Positions 19,222-28,521 of a DNA stretch of 55,640 bases are shown piece after piece. The DNA is from a virus. Lineage: Duplodnaviria > Caudoviricetes. Location of the stretch: the IMG/VR virus record IMGVR_UViG_3300027847_002824, positions 1 to 55,640 of that record, one strand, 5' to 3'. The notes below the pieces were generated by a model. That model was not told the DNA's origin and did no database searches. It saw only the letters and a list, made by a program, of their open reading frames with translations. The number at the start of each line of letters is the position of its first letter. The first letter of the stretch is position 1. The translations under genes and the position numbers were made by a program.

Positions 19222-19667
19222 TATTCCCCCGCACCGATTTTTTCGAAGGCGTGTCCTTCTCTTGTTAGTGCTTTTCTTATAGTTGCCATGTGATTACACA
19301 AACAGGCGTCAGTTACATTATAGTTCTTGTATTTTAGTTTTAGTTCTTTAAGAGACAGGGAATTTCCGCTTAGCAAACGACGTTGAATGAATTTGCTTAT
19401 TTTGGATGCGTCTCTAAGAATTGATTTTCTTGTCTTGTTTGTGCATGGATACAATTTTTCGACACTTGTGTATTCTGGGTTTTCATCATATTGAGGGTCA
19501 CATATAGCATTCGCTAAAGATTTGAGTTCCATTCGCTTTCCTTTAGCAATGACTTTGTGAATCTCAGCGTTGAATGTTTTGGCGTATTCAATAATTGATG
19601 GAAGATGTTTTTCGTATGTAAGGAATTTTCTGTTATCCCTTGTTTTAATAAGAAGGCAGTTTTGCAT
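19194..19667 (-). CDS. hypothetical protein, possible C-terminal winged helix
   Basis: GGAG RBS; basic helical C-terminal half. Confidence 0.7.
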   Translation of the reverse strand: MQNCLLIKTRDNRKFLTYEKHLPSIIEYAKTFNAEIHKVIAKGKRMELKSLANAICDPQYDENPEYTSVEKLYPCTNKTRKSILRDASKISKFIQRRLLSGNSLSLKELKLKYKNYNVTDACLCNHMATIRKALTREGHAFEKIGAGEYCLKESVAT

Positions 19668-19687
19668 ATCGTTTCTCCTAAATGCAA

Positions 19688-19716
19688 TTGACAGATTCTT
19701 TAATTATATCTAAAAT
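19688..19716 (+). promoter_or_regulatory. sigma70 promoter
   Basis: TTGACA-17 nt-TAAAAT, 8 nt before ATG 19725. Confidence 0.75.
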
Positions 19717-19724
19717 TACATGTT

Positions 19725-20738
19725 ATGGATAGCCCTTTATTTAGTTGCCAATCTTACAGAAGATTTGGCGTAGAGATTGAAATAAATACATTAGATGGTT
19801 CGGCCCGTAGGCCGGATACTGAAAATGGAGAAATACCTTTAGGTGCTGATGTATTGGCACATATAGTGCATAAAGCCACCAAAGAGAAGGTTGAAATACA
19901 ATCTTGGGATTATATTCATAATAACGCTGATTGGGTGATTAAGCACGATACAAGCTGTGGTATGGAGATAAATTCCCCTGTTCTAAAGGGGTGGACAGGA
20001 TTAAAGAAATTAGTCCGAGTTGCAGAAATGATTGGAAAATCATCTTTAGAAGCGGATAGAAGATGTTCTTTACACGTTCATATTAACATTTCTGATTTGT
20101 CAAAAGCTCAATTGGCCTCAGTTATTGCTTATTACATCAAGTGTGAGCATGTGTTGTTTGATTCCTTCCCTGATCATAGAAAGAATAACCGATACTGCCA
20201 GTTCTTGGGGATGAGCGACATGTTTTCCCATGATTATCTCATAAATGCGGACGACATCATACACAAAGTGTCTAGTACAAAATATTTTTCCTTGAACGCT
20301 TATCACTTTATGCGTGGAGGAGGATTCACAGATGATAATTCAAGAAGACTTTCTGTGGAAATTAGGATGGCAGAAAACACAGGTTGCGTAGACCCTTGCT
20401 TTATGAAAAATTGGATAAGATTGTTGTTGCATTTTTTTGATGTGACAAAAAATTTACCGGCACCTTATGATTATACAGAGGGAGACCCATGGTCAGGTCT
20501 TTTGTGGCTTGATACACGTGATGTTATGGCGTTATTGGGATTTGATAATGAGAGTCATTTGTCAGAGGGTCTTAAACAAGTTCGTAGTTGGTTCATAAAC
20601 AGATTGAGGGAAAACACGCTTTGTGATTTGCCCGGAATTTGGTCCAAGGCAGGACGTTACAAAAATTGGACTGATATACCAGATACATCCGAGGTGAAAG
20701 ATGAAGACTATCTCTATGGAAAAAGATACGTTGTCTGA
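19725..20738 (+). CDS. putative amidoligase (Amidoligase_2 / COOH-NH2 ligase family)
   Basis: FGVEIE, HDTSCGMEINSP, CSLHVH, KYFSLN, VEIR motifs. Confidence 0.85.
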   Translation: MDSPLFSCQSYRRFGVEIEINTLDGSARRPDTENGEIPLGADVLAHIVHKATKEKVEIQSWDYIHNNADWVIKHDTSCGMEINSPVLKGWTGLKKLVRVAEMIGKSSLEADRRCSLHVHINISDLSKAQLASVIAYYIKCEHVLFDSFPDHRKNNRYCQFLGMSDMFSHDYLINADDIIHKVSSTKYFSLNAYHFMRGGGFTDDNSRRLSVEIRMAENTGCVDPCFMKNWIRLLLHFFDVTKNLPAPYDYTEGDPWSGLLWLDTRDVMALLGFDNESHLSEGLKQVRSWFINRLRENTLCDLPGIWSKAGRYKNWTDIPDTSEVKDEDYLYGKRYVV

Positions 20739-20760
20739 TGATAACTCATATATAAATCAG

Positions 20761-21201
20761 ATGACGAAACTATCAAAAACAATTAAAGACATGCGGTCTA
20801 TGGCGAGTACGCTAATTCCGTACACATACCCTAAAGCTGATTTCAAAGACGAGCAAGACGTTCTTTGCTTAAAGCAGAGAACTGTAACTATTGATGGATA
20901 TGAAGTCATTCTTTGTTACAGCGATGCTGAATACAAAGAATATATTTTGTCCTCTTTGCAAATACAGCCAGTTCAAGGTCCATTTCTTCCCTTCACCCTT
21001 ATTTGTAAATTAGGTAAGGAATTTTTTGGATACAAGAATGTTTCTTACATTGAATTTTTCAGAAATAATAAGAAGGTTTATTGTTGGACTATTAAGTCCC
21101 GAGAGGGGAGAAGATTATTCCCCGGAAAGAAAACAAAGTCAAGTTCTTATGAAGGATACAAATTTAGAATCCTTCACCCCGGTTCGGTAGATTTGTTTTG
21201 A
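20761..21201 (+). CDS. hypothetical protein
   Basis: ORF; TATATA 6 nt before ATG 20761. Confidence 0.7.
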   Translation: MTKLSKTIKDMRSMASTLIPYTYPKADFKDEQDVLCLKQRTVTIDGYEVILCYSDAEYKEYILSSLQIQPVQGPFLPFTLICKLGKEFFGYKNVSYIEFFRNNKKVYCWTIKSREGRRLFPGKKTKSSSYEGYKFRILHPGSVDLF

Positions 21202-21263
21202 TTTGCACTTCCTATTGGATAAATAGAGAAGACGACTCACTTCTTAAAAGCGAGGAAAAAGCA

Positions 21264-21569
21264 ATGAGCAACTCAAGACAAAAACTTCAGTACCTTATGA
21301 TCAAGCAGTTACTTAAACGGGGCACAGTCGAACTGATTTTGCCAGATGGAGTCACACTTGAAATTGGAATAACACAAGAAGACAAACTTGGCCAAGAAAA
21401 AAAAGAAGATGGCTATTGCTATGTTGTCGCATCCCGAGACGGAAAGTCTGTAATGTTAGACTCTTATAATTTAGGCTTGCAGTTTGAGCCAGAAGACAAT
21501 ACAATAATTTATGAAGATGAGATCATCGGAGAAGATGGTCAACTTATTCGTTCATTAGACGTTGTTTAA
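21264..21569 (+). CDS. hypothetical protein
   Basis: GAGG RBS before ATG 21264; upstream TAAATA. Confidence 0.7.
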   Translation: MSNSRQKLQYLMIKQLLKRGTVELILPDGVTLEIGITQEDKLGQEKKEDGYCYVVASRDGKSVMLDSYNLGLQFEPEDNTIIYEDEIIGEDGQLIRSLDVV

Positions 21570-21904
21570 GAACTTTCAGGCACAAAATGAGTACCGTAAG
21601 ATTCTTTAAGTTCAAGCTTCCCAGATAAAGACAAGGAGCAAACGTGCGTACCAATAACTACGCCCTCATTTCTAGGCAGGGTGAATTCAATCCACGTTTC
21701 AAAATCTTTCTCGTTGACAACAAATTTCGTAACTGATATACGAAGATGATTGGGAGGTGTTTCTACTTGATGAACTACGTTGTACTCGGAGTCACGGGCA
21801 AATTCCATGGTCATGCGCATCATTTGCGATTGATCAAGGAACTGTGACCAATTGGCTTGGAGCAATAGCTCCAATTTTTCATTAACGATTAAGTTGCTTA
21901 CCAT
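21566..21904 (-). CDS. hypothetical protein
   Basis: 112-aa ORF. Confidence 0.6.
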   Translation of the reverse strand: MVSNLIVNEKLELLLQANWSQFLDQSQMMRMTMEFARDSEYNVVHQVETPPNHLRISVTKFVVNEKDFETWIEFTLPRNEGVVIGTHVCSLSLSGKLELKESYGTHFVPESS

Positions 21905-21919
21905 AAAGAGGTAACACCG

Positions 21920-22192
21920 ATGAATACTAAAGATTTGAAACTCACTGTATCAGAGTATGTCAATACTCTTTCTGACGAAGAGGCAAGATGGTTGGCCGAT
22001 AGATTGCATGAAAGGCTATCTGGCGACCTGTCCGACGCATTAAAAATGATGAGTCGGAATAAACGCATGGACGCAGTTCTTTCGCTGGCAGGATCAGGAA
22101 ACGGATTGTTTGATTTGTGCGATGAGATTACGGAGGTATTGCGGCAAATTTGCAGAAAAAGAGGACTCATAAAAGGCCCCAGAGCGGCTTAA
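21920..22192 (+). CDS. hypothetical protein
   Basis: GAGGT RBS; followed by terminator. Confidence 0.75.
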   Translation: MNTKDLKLTVSEYVNTLSDEEARWLADRLHERLSGDLSDALKMMSRNKRMDAVLSLAGSGNGLFDLCDEITEVLRQICRKRGLIKGPRAA

Positions 22193-22203
22193 ACTAAAAC
22201 TAA

Positions 22204-22241
22204 AACCAAAGCTGGGCTTCCTGTCCAGCTTTGGTTGTTTT
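22204..22241 (+). terminator. intrinsic terminator
   Basis: Perfect 12-bp stem AACCAAAGCTGG/CCAGCTTTGGTT plus GTTTT. Confidence 0.75.
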
Positions 22242-22252
22242 ATAGTACGAAG

Positions 22253-22435
22253 ATGAATACTGAAGTTAAGAGACTTACTGATCAACGTCTTCCATGGCAG
22301 AAGGAAGGTTACGTTGATCCTTTCGCTGAGTATGAGCGACTAAAATGTCAAGCATTTGGCGAGATAATTAAAGAGTTATTTCAAACGCTCAAACCCAAAA
22401 CCCCCAAAGTCAATTGGATAGAGGAAGGATTCTGA
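22253..22435 (+). CDS. small protein with C-terminal NWIEEGF tag (internal PWQKEGY copy)
   Basis: 60-aa ORF; TATAGT 6 nt before ATG. Confidence 0.7.
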   Translation: MNTEVKRLTDQRLPWQKEGYVDPFAEYERLKCQAFGEIIKELFQTLKPKTPKVNWIEEGF

Positions 22436-22436
22436 T

Positions 22437-23183
22437 ATGCAGTATGCAAGCATCGATATTGAGACACTTGGACTTGATCCAGATTACTGTGATGTGATTG
22501 AATTTGGGTGTGTTCTTGAAGACACCAAAGAGTTAAAGACTTTGGAAAAGCTTCCCAGCTTTCATTGTTATCTGACAAAGCCAAGGGATCGTTACCAAGG
22601 TGAAGTTTATGCAATGTGGATGCACTCCAAGAGCGGCATTTTTGAACGCATTGCAAAACGCACAGAAGGTTACAGTTATATTCCTCATGATCTTTTGGAT
22701 GAGGTGTTCGCCGAGTGGTTGCAAGATCAAGGTATTGAAGATAAACTGGTTGTGGCCGGAAAGAACTTCCAAGCTTTTGACATGCGATTCTTAAGACGTT
22801 TGGGTTTTGGAGTCAAAACTCAGATTCATCACAGAACTCTTGATCCCGGCAGCATGTATTTCGATCCAATGATTGATGATGTTCCTCCCGGTTTGGCAGA
22901 GTGTCTTAAACGTGCGGGAGTTGAAAAAACAGTAGAGCACACTGCTGTTGAAGATGCTGTTGATGTTGTTCGTTGCATACGAGCAAAGAGCGGCACACTT
23001 TATGAAAAAGTCCGCAACTGGTGTGTTTATGAAAGACTGCAAGACGAAGACCTTGGTTGTGTAGATGTGTTTGATAATGTAGAAGAAGCCAAGGAATATG
23101 TCTCTGAGAGAAGACTGATGCCTCTTGGTACAAGTTCTATGTTTACAATTGTGTCTCCTGAAGGACAGATAACTAAATTTTGA
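22437..23183 (+). CDS. DEDDh 3'-5' exonuclease (DnaQ/oligoribonuclease-like)
   Basis: SIDIETLG, GKNFQAFD, HTAVED. Confidence 0.88.
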   Translation: MQYASIDIETLGLDPDYCDVIEFGCVLEDTKELKTLEKLPSFHCYLTKPRDRYQGEVYAMWMHSKSGIFERIAKRTEGYSYIPHDLLDEVFAEWLQDQGIEDKLVVAGKNFQAFDMRFLRRLGFGVKTQIHHRTLDPGSMYFDPMIDDVPPGLAECLKRAGVEKTVEHTAVEDAVDVVRCIRAKSGTLYEKVRNWCVYERLQDEDLGCVDVFDNVEEAKEYVSERRLMPLGTSSMFTIVSPEGQITKF

Positions 23184-23191
23184 GGTTGAAG

Positions 23192-25261
23192 ATGCCCGAA
23201 GTAATTAGACTTGAAGACACAAATGATTTAATCCCAACTTCCAAATACAAGTATGGAAGTTGGGATTTTGATACTTTCAACCCTGTCCAAAGCAGGTTGA
23301 TGGAAACATACGATAGTGATGCAAATATTGCAATCGCTGCGGCCACCAGCGCAGGCAAGACAGTTTGTGCTGAGATGTATATGGCACATGAAGTTCGTGA
23401 GCGTGGCGGTAAGACGGTTTATGTAGGACCGCTTAAAGCGTTGGCCAGCGAAAAGGAACAAGACTGGACTGACAAGGCTCATCATTTCCACGACTTGGAT
23501 ATTTCTATTGTTACAGGAGATTATCGATTCACTGGGCAAAGAATCAAAGAGCTTGATCATACAGATATCATTGTTATGACTCCTGAAATGTTGGCGTCCA
23601 GATGCAGGAACAGCAGTTCTGATAAAAGTCGCTTTCTTTATGATGTTGGAACGGTTGTGTTTGATGAAAGTCATTTACTTACTGTTCCAAATCGTGGCGA
23701 TCACATTGAAGTAGCTCTCATGAAACTGGTTGAGATCAATCCGAACATCAGGATTGTGTTGTTGTCAGCCACCATGCCGAATGTACATGAAATTTGTGGG
23801 TGGACGTGTAAGCTTACAGGGCGTGATACACATTTTCTGGAATCTGATTATCGGCCTTGTCCTCTCAATGTCCATTATGAAACCTACTACGATGGTGATC
23901 GATATTACGATCAGAAAGAGGAAGAGAAAGTAAGCACTGCCATTAACATCATTGAGTATTACATCAAGGATAAGTTTCTTGTGTTTGTACACACGAAGAG
24001 AACTGGTCACTTGATGGTTAAGATGTTGGCAAACTATGGAGTCAAAGCTGAATTCCATAACGCCGATCTCAATAAAGACAAAAGACAAAAGCTTGAGAAG
24101 AAGTTCAAAGACGACAAAGACTTCAGGGTGATTGTGGCGACATCCACATTGGCATGGGGACTTAACCTTCCTGCTCGTCGTGTCATCGTTACAGGGCTAC
24201 ACAGAGGACTCACACAGGTTGAAAACTACGACATTCAACAAATGGTGGGCCGTGCTGGTCGTCCAAGGTTCGACCCTGTGGGAGATGCTTATATTCTGGT
24301 GCCGGAATCAGAGAAGAATGAACAGATCGCAAAGCTCAGAGTGAAATCGCCGATCAAGTCTACTCTTTTGGACTGGGTTGGTAAACCAGATTCACTTGTT
24401 GAGGATCGTCATTACAAAACATTAGCGTTTCATGTGGTCAGTGAAGTTCATCGTGGATACATTAAGACAAAAGAACAATTCCACATTTGGTATCGAAAGA
24501 GTTTGGCCCACTATCAGGATCATGAGTTTGATGATTCTGTTGTGGATAGAGTTCTGAAAATGCTTGAACAATATCGAGCAATCAAGGTTGAAGATGGCGA
24601 ATACAAATGCACGGCCCTTGGTACGATTGCATCAATGTTCTACTACAGCCCATTTGATGTCAGTGATTTGAAGAGAAATTTCCACAAGCTGTTTGAAAGC
24701 GGGAAACAGAGTGATGACTTTGCTATCGCTATGGCTATGGGAAATGTGGATTCATTTAGATGGAACATTGCCAACAAAGGCGAGAAGCTTGAGATGGATA
24801 GGTTTCGATCTAAGATTGAGCAGATGTATGGACAAGGTGCTTTTACAAATGGGTCGATTAAGATGGGATACGCTCATCTGCTTATGCTTCAGGGCAAGTT
24901 CAACATCCCAGCTTTTGCTGCTATTCAAGGCGGATTGAAAGTTGATTTAGAAAGAACCATGCAGGTAATCAATTCTATTGATGGCATGGCCAGTGGATGG
25001 AACAAGAAGGAGTGGTTCAAGGTTCTGAAGATGAGACTTCAATATGGAGTGCCAGAAAACATGGTATCTCTTTGTCAGATTCCAAATGTCGGACATGTCA
25101 GGGCCAATCGTTTGAAGAAGAAAGGCATTCATAAACTTGAAGACTTCTTGTCTTACAGCGAGGGCGACTTGATGAAGTTCATGAAGTGCAGCAAGAAGCT
25201 GGCCGAGGAAGCCTTAGAAGGGGCACGATTGATCGAGCTTAAAGAATCCATTGATGTCTAG
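23192..25261 (+). CDS. Ski2/Hel308-like superfamily 2 helicase
   Basis: FNPVQ, AATSAGKT, PLKALA, DESH, LSAT, TSTLAWGLNLPAR, QMVGRAGRP, C-terminal HhH (IPNVGHVRA). Confidence 0.92.
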   Translation: MPEVIRLEDTNDLIPTSKYKYGSWDFDTFNPVQSRLMETYDSDANIAIAAATSAGKTVCAEMYMAHEVRERGGKTVYVGPLKALASEKEQDWTDKAHHFHDLDISIVTGDYRFTGQRIKELDHTDIIVMTPEMLASRCRNSSSDKSRFLYDVGTVVFDESHLLTVPNRGDHIEVALMKLVEINPNIRIVLLSATMPNVHEICGWTCKLTGRDTHFLESDYRPCPLNVHYETYYDGDRYYDQKEEEKVSTAINIIEYYIKDKFLVFVHTKRTGHLMVKMLANYGVKAEFHNADLNKDKRQKLEKKFKDDKDFRVIVATSTLAWGLNLPARRVIVTGLHRGLTQVENYDIQQMVGRAGRPRFDPVGDAYILVPESEKNEQIAKLRVKSPIKSTLLDWVGKPDSLVEDRHYKTLAFHVVSEVHRGYIKTKEQFHIWYRKSLAHYQDHEFDDSVVDRVLKMLEQYRAIKVEDGEYKCTALGTIASMFYYSPFDVSDLKRNFHKLFESGKQSDDFAIAMAMGNVDSFRWNIANKGEKLEMDRFRSKIEQMYGQGAFTNGSIKMGYAHLLMLQGKFNIPAFAAIQGGLKVDLERTMQVINSIDGMASGWNKKEWFKVLKMRLQYGVPENMVSLCQIPNVGHVRANRLKKKGIHKLEDFLSYSEGDLMKFMKCSKKLAEEALEGARLIELKESIDV

Positions 25262-25529
25262 GTTTGTTCTGCAAATACAAGATGAGAGTGAAGGCCCGTG
25301 GTCGTTCACCGGCATGGGAGCAGATGATCTGACGACAATGGGCAGTATCATAAATGCTTATGATCCAGAGGGCACTGTTGCTTTACGTGTGTGGGACAGG
25401 CTTCTGGATCAGTCGGTGCTGACAGAAGCTCTGGACCTTATTCGCATGTATGAAAATGGCTGGGAAAATGGCAGGGAAGCTGCGGACACAGTTCCCATAA
25501 TCGTTGATTGGAAGCAGGATGGATTCTGA
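25254..25529 (+). CDS. small protein with C-terminal DWKQDGF tag
   Basis: ORF overlapping the helicase stop; shared motif. Confidence 0.7.
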   Translation: MSRFVLQIQDESEGPWSFTGMGADDLTTMGSIINAYDPEGTVALRVWDRLLDQSVLTEALDLIRMYENGWENGREAADTVPIIVDWKQDGF

Positions 25530-25815
25530 GCTAACACCTATTCGCACCTCTATTCAGAACACCTATACCATTCAAGCATTGGGCGCAGATGGCTGGATTC
25601 CTATGTACCATTATGAAGAAGGCACACTCGGCAGCGCATTGGAAGATATGGATGTGTTGTCACATTCAGTTTGTCTTGTATACGCACTCAGGCTCATAGA
25701 AAAATATGGTGATCCTCCTACAATGATGAACATCATCTCAGAGTATTACCCTGATGACCCTGATGACTATGGCCCAGTGAATGATCCTGTACCATGGGTT
25801 GAAGAAGGCTTCTGA
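25519..25815 (+). CDS. small protein with C-terminal PWVEEGF tag
   Basis: ORF overlapping the previous gene; shared motif. Confidence 0.7.
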   Translation: MDSELTPIRTSIQNTYTIQALGADGWIPMYHYEEGTLGSALEDMDVLSHSVCLVYALRLIEKYGDPPTMMNIISEYYPDDPDDYGPVNDPVPWVEEGF

Positions 25816-26117
25816 TCATCTACAAAAAGTTCTGTTGGGCATTCGACTTTAACTATTCCGTCTCCATCGACTTTCTCACCCTTTTCATTTTCGACCCAAA
25901 ACTTTATTTCTTTAAGATCATCTGTGAAGTTCTCCATAGCCTTAGTGCTCGGATCGAAGTAATCTTCTTCATAAAAGCATGTGTCTGAAGGGTCTACTGG
26001 CAAATGCAGACGTTCTCCTTCATGTAAAACCACTACAGAACAGTGGTTTTCTTGAGGGTCATACAACTTACAGTTGTTACAGATCCTCTCAATATGCCCT
26101 TTCTTTTTCTTCCCCAT
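25767..26117 (-). CDS. hypothetical Cys-containing protein
   Basis: CNNC...C...C, possible metal binding. Confidence 0.65.
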   Translation of the reverse strand: MGKKKKGHIERICNNCKLYDPQENHCSVVVLHEGERLHLPVDPSDTCFYEEDYFDPSTKAMENFTDDLKEIKFWVENEKGEKVDGDGIVKVECPTELFVDDQKPSSTHGTGSFTGP

Positions 26118-26260
26118 TTTGTTACCCTTTATCTTTAAGTTAAGCACACTATTATAGTCTAAGTGATTTATAAAATGATCTGTAGGTATTTGGCGAAAAT
26201 TCTTTAGCCAAATTCATACATGTAAGAACTGCCACACAGAAAAACATTGGGAGATGAGCA

Positions 26261-26566
26261 ATGGCGATTGAAGCAACAGAAAAGAACTTTGCAGAACACA
26301 CTCAAGAGGGTGTTGTAATTTTGGATTTCCACGCAGCGTGGTGCGGTCCTTGTCGAATGCTTGGTCCGGTTTTAGAAGAAGTGGAACAAGAGAATGAGGG
26401 CGTCAAGGTGATTAAGGTCAATGTTGACGATAATCAAGAGTTGGCAACCAAGTTCAATGTCAGTTCTATTCCAAAACTTGTATTCCTTAATGGTGGAATC
26501 AACGTAGGGGAAATGGTGGGCTTGCAAAACAAGGCAGCTATCCAAGAGAAGCTGAAAACTGTTTAA
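26261..26566 (+). CDS. trxA: thioredoxin
   Basis: WCGPC active site, SIP cis-Pro motif. Confidence 0.95.
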   Translation: MAIEATEKNFAEHTQEGVVILDFHAAWCGPCRMLGPVLEEVEQENEGVKVIKVNVDDNQELATKFNVSSIPKLVFLNGGINVGEMVGLQNKAAIQEKLKTV

Positions 26567-26581
26567 TGCCTCGGAGAAATA

Positions 26582-26785
26582 ATGCCTACTTATGAATATG
26601 AATGCGATTCAGACAATGACGGTTGTGGTCATGCGTTTGAAGAATTTGCTAAAATGACTGATCCGATTCGACAGAAGTGCCCCGAGTGCGGGAAACTGAA
26701 GTTGGTGCGGATTTTTGGAGTTCCGGGTATTATCTTTAAGGGCTCGGGCTGGACACCTAAATTTTCTGAACACCAAGGAGTGTGA
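26582..26785 (+). CDS. FmdB-family zinc-ribbon protein
   Basis: MPTYEYEC...CGH...CPECG...IIFKGSGW. Confidence 0.9.
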   Translation: MPTYEYECDSDNDGCGHAFEEFAKMTDPIRQKCPECGKLKLVRIFGVPGIIFKGSGWTPKFSEHQGV

Positions 26786-26786
26786 T

Positions 26787-27530
26787 ATGGCTTTTGTAAT
26801 CGGAGTGGCGGCACAAGCACAGATGGGTAAAGACACGCTCGCTGATCGCCTTCAAGAGAAGTTGAATGAGAGACTTACAAATAATCGCAATAAAAGTCTT
26901 TCTGAATCAGAATGGAATGAGTCAGCTTTTAGTTGGGAGCGTTCCGCATTTGCATCCAATGTTAAAAAGGTTTATGCAGACACTTTTGGAGTGGATCAAG
27001 ATTTCATAGAAGAGTGGAAGGTGAAGGATGAAATACCTCCCGGTTTTGATATGCCTGTTCGAAAAGGTCTTCAATTTATTGGAGATGGATTCAGGAAGAT
27101 TAAATCACTGATTTGGGTTGATTTGTGCTTTCGTGACAGCATACCTAAAATCATTTCGGATGTGCGCTATATTAACGAGTTCACTCGTGTAAACAAAGAA
27201 GGTGGCTTAAACATACTCATTGGGCGACCTGATATGCTTAATGATGATCCAAATGGATCAGAAGCGATGATTAGGCCCTTTGTAGAATGGTCGTTAAGCA
27301 ATCTGCCTAACAAATTCAATGTTATGGTAAAGGGGGATTTGGATGCTCTTGATTTAGAGACTCCTCCTGAAAACATGGAATTGTTTGATGTGTTTATTCG
27401 CAATGACGGAACAAAAGAAGAATTGTACGATATTGTTGACACTCAGCTTGTGCCGTTTGTTGAAAGTTTCGTGTTTGATTTTCCAGAAAAAGAACAACCG
27501 AAGGAGAAGGAATGCCTTATATCAAATTAG
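26787..27530 (+). CDS. deoxynucleoside monophosphate kinase (T4 gp1-like)
   Basis: GVAAQAQMGKDT P-loop, RKGLQFIGD, ISDVRYINE. Confidence 0.8.
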   Translation: MAFVIGVAAQAQMGKDTLADRLQEKLNERLTNNRNKSLSESEWNESAFSWERSAFASNVKKVYADTFGVDQDFIEEWKVKDEIPPGFDMPVRKGLQFIGDGFRKIKSLIWVDLCFRDSIPKIISDVRYINEFTRVNKEGGLNILIGRPDMLNDDPNGSEAMIRPFVEWSLSNLPNKFNVMVKGDLDALDLETPPENMELFDVFIRNDGTKEELYDIVDTQLVPFVESFVFDFPEKEQPKEKECLISN

Positions 27531-28108
27531 AAGAACGTGCAGCACTTGCACAACATTCAAAGGCCGCTTTGTCTTTGATGACAGAAACGAATGACAGTCA
27601 ATATGTGATTGGCGAATATTTTGGGTTTTTTGTAAATCGTCTTGTTAGACGATTTTTGGGCGATCCAGAGTATGGAGTAAATGCCTTTAACTCTGCCTAC
27701 TTTACACCTGACAAAAAGAAGGCTTTGCAAAATGCTTCTGATAGCATTGCGGCAAATTTGGCCAGACAACAGCCGATGGAGTCAGCCGGTAGTCTGAATT
27801 ATTCCATCACATCTCTTTACTGGGGATTGCTGGGGAAGTCTGAAAATATTCCTGAAGCTCGATATGGTTTTAGAGCATATCTTACAGGAATTTTAGACAA
27901 GATCAATTCAAATCTTAAAAGCTTAGGCACCGGAAGTCAACGAGATGTCACCATGGGCTATCGGCGTCATCTTGTAATCCGTGGAGTTCTTCTTGATGTT
28001 ATCCACGAAACACGAACTCAACTACATGATCCTTACGAGGTGCAAAAACAAGTTGAGAACGGAGACATATGGGTTGGAGGTAAATTGAATCTATCAGAGG
28101 AGGATTAG
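27512..28108 (+). CDS. hypothetical phage protein (MPYIK...GSLNY...PYE..K..ENGD type)
   Basis: Motif pattern recalled from a common small phage protein family; appears internally duplicated. Confidence 0.7.
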   Translation: MPYIKLEERAALAQHSKAALSLMTETNDSQYVIGEYFGFFVNRLVRRFLGDPEYGVNAFNSAYFTPDKKKALQNASDSIAANLARQQPMESAGSLNYSITSLYWGLLGKSENIPEARYGFRAYLTGILDKINSNLKSLGTGSQRDVTMGYRRHLVIRGVLLDVIHETRTQLHDPYEVQKQVENGDIWVGGKLNLSEED

Positions 28109-28521
28109 TGGGCCTAATCAAGCCAGAGGATATGGTATATGTACCCAAGAGATGGGGGTACGAAATTTGGATTGTCAACAATGAAAGATATTGTGGCAAG
28201 AAACTTTTTATCAGGCAAGGCAAGTGGTGTAGTTACCATCATCATAAAGTCAAAGATGAGGTTCTTTACATCGAGTCTGGCCGCATTTGGATGAATGTTT
28301 CTGACGAGGTAGATCCAAAATGGATTGATGCGATTGACATGACTCCGGGTTATGCTTTCCATGTTAAGCCAGATCAAAAACATCAAATGCACGCTGTTGA
28401 AGATACAATTATTGTTGAGTTCTCAACTCAACATTTTGACGAAGATTCCTACAGAGAAGAAAAGCTTGGAACTAAGTTGGTTCGGGATAACAGACCTGAT
28501 CCTTTGGAGTACATGAGATGA
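28108..28521 (+). CDS. cupin-domain protein (sugar isomerase-like)
   Basis: VPKRWGYE, CSYHHHKVKDE, HQMHA. Confidence 0.85.
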   Translation: MGLIKPEDMVYVPKRWGYEIWIVNNERYCGKKLFIRQGKWCSYHHHKVKDEVLYIESGRIWMNVSDEVDPKWIDAIDMTPGYAFHVKPDQKHQMHAVEDTIIVEFSTQHFDEDSYREEKLGTKLVRDNRPDPLEYMR

